Program-made: the position numbers and the translations under genes | Notes under the pieces: generated by a model | Told to the model about the DNA's origin: nothing | Seen by the model: the letters and a program-made list of their open reading frames with translations, nothing else | Databases searched by the model: none | NCBI RefSeq assembly: GCF_018350175.1 | Contig: NC_058368.1 | Location: 99,016,001-99,080,000 of the forward strand | DNA: 64,000 nt | Direction: 5' to 3' | Source: Felis catus | Taxonomy: Eukaryota | Shown: piece after piece, positions 63,072-64,000 of the stretch | Layout of the letters: every line of letters begins with the position of its first letter | Numbering within the stretch: the first letter of the stretch is position 1

Positions 63072-63276
63072 TTTTTTAATGTTTATTTTTGAGAGCCAGA
63101 GAGAGAGCATGAACAGGGGAGGAGCAGAGACAGAGGGAGGCACTGAACTCTAAGCAGGCTCCAGGCTCTGAGCTGTCAGCACAGAGCCCGACACGGGGCT
63201 CGAACATCGCAAACCATGACATCATGACCTGAGCCAAAGTCTGATGCTTAACTGACTAAGCTACCCAGGTGCCCCC
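63072..63276 (-). mobile_element. CAN-SINE (tandem pair, right copy)
   Basis: T tract, core, acccaggtgccccc end. Confidence 0.94.
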
Positions 63277-64000
63277 AAAATAGTATTTTTAAAGAACATA
63301 TCCCATTGCCTGCAACACAGTGATTGCTTAAGGAAAGTGGCAATTCTTTCTCTCTGTGTTTATGTCTCTGTCTCTCTCTTTTAGTTCTTCTTTCTCCTTC
63401 TCTTGCTGGCTCCGTCTCTGATTTTCTCATTCTTTGGTCTCTTGAGCGTGCATATGCCTCGGATTCTCTCTCTGACTTTGTTTCCCTTTCTTTTTCGAAC
63501 TGAATTAGAAGATCTGGTTTCTAGTCTTGGTTTCATAAGCTTGTGATATTTTAGGTTGGAGCTCAAAATAAATTGGCTTTTGAAACTCTTGGGGACATTC
63601 AATCTCAGTAAAATTCCAAGAAGAGAAGGACATATTGCAAATTCTAATTCATTTGTAGGCCTCCCACTTCCCTATTCCCTGTTTGCCCACTCTTAAAAAC
63701 CAGTTACATTATCTAATTCAGCTTTTACCTAATTCAATGAAAAAGATTACCAGAAGTTTATTTTATTGTATACAAAGCAGTGATTTAATTTCTCTGAGGA
63801 ATGATGGTTAATAATTTATCCTCTAAAAAGGAACAATATAGAAAGTCAATATAGCAGTGCATATTTATGAATTTTTACGTAAATAGCTTAAAGAACTGTG
63901 TAAAACAGGCTGCAGAAAATAATAAATCAACCATTTAAACATCTCAGAGACAGACAAATCAAGTAAGAAATAATAATAAAAGATATCTGAGACAAGAGCA

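Overview
AT-rich, repeat-dense mammalian genomic DNA from a carnivore, most likely a felid or other feliform. The evidence is about 24 tRNA-derived CAN-SINEs, many with the cat-type SINEC_Fc core 'gctgacagctcagagcctggagcctg', plus a young cat-type L1 3' end. No known protein-coding exon, structural RNA gene or CRISPR array could be recognised, and the supplied ORFs are mostly SINE, L1 or microsatellite artefacts. The window looks intronic or intergenic. It holds SINEs with target-site duplications (TSDs), L1 fragments of several ages (one very young, one 5'-inverted), eight LTR-type elements (seven on the minus strand), MER58 and Tigger DNA transposon fossils, MIR/L2 relics and microsatellites. 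The best leads for something undescribed are all hypotheses: (1) canonical splice signals on the minus strand at about 15.3-24.3 kb that could form a spliced, polyadenylated transcript encoding a 54-aa MGNTCS- (myristoylation-type) microprotein; (2) a dense cluster of palindromes at 62.0-62.5 kb, including a perfect 64-bp AT-rich palindrome; (3) an unexplained ~150-bp direct repeat pair at 50.1 and 50.9 kb; (4) an intact solo LTR with a 6-bp TSD and internal U3 repeats. Repeat subfamily names come from recalled consensus sequences, not from a database search.
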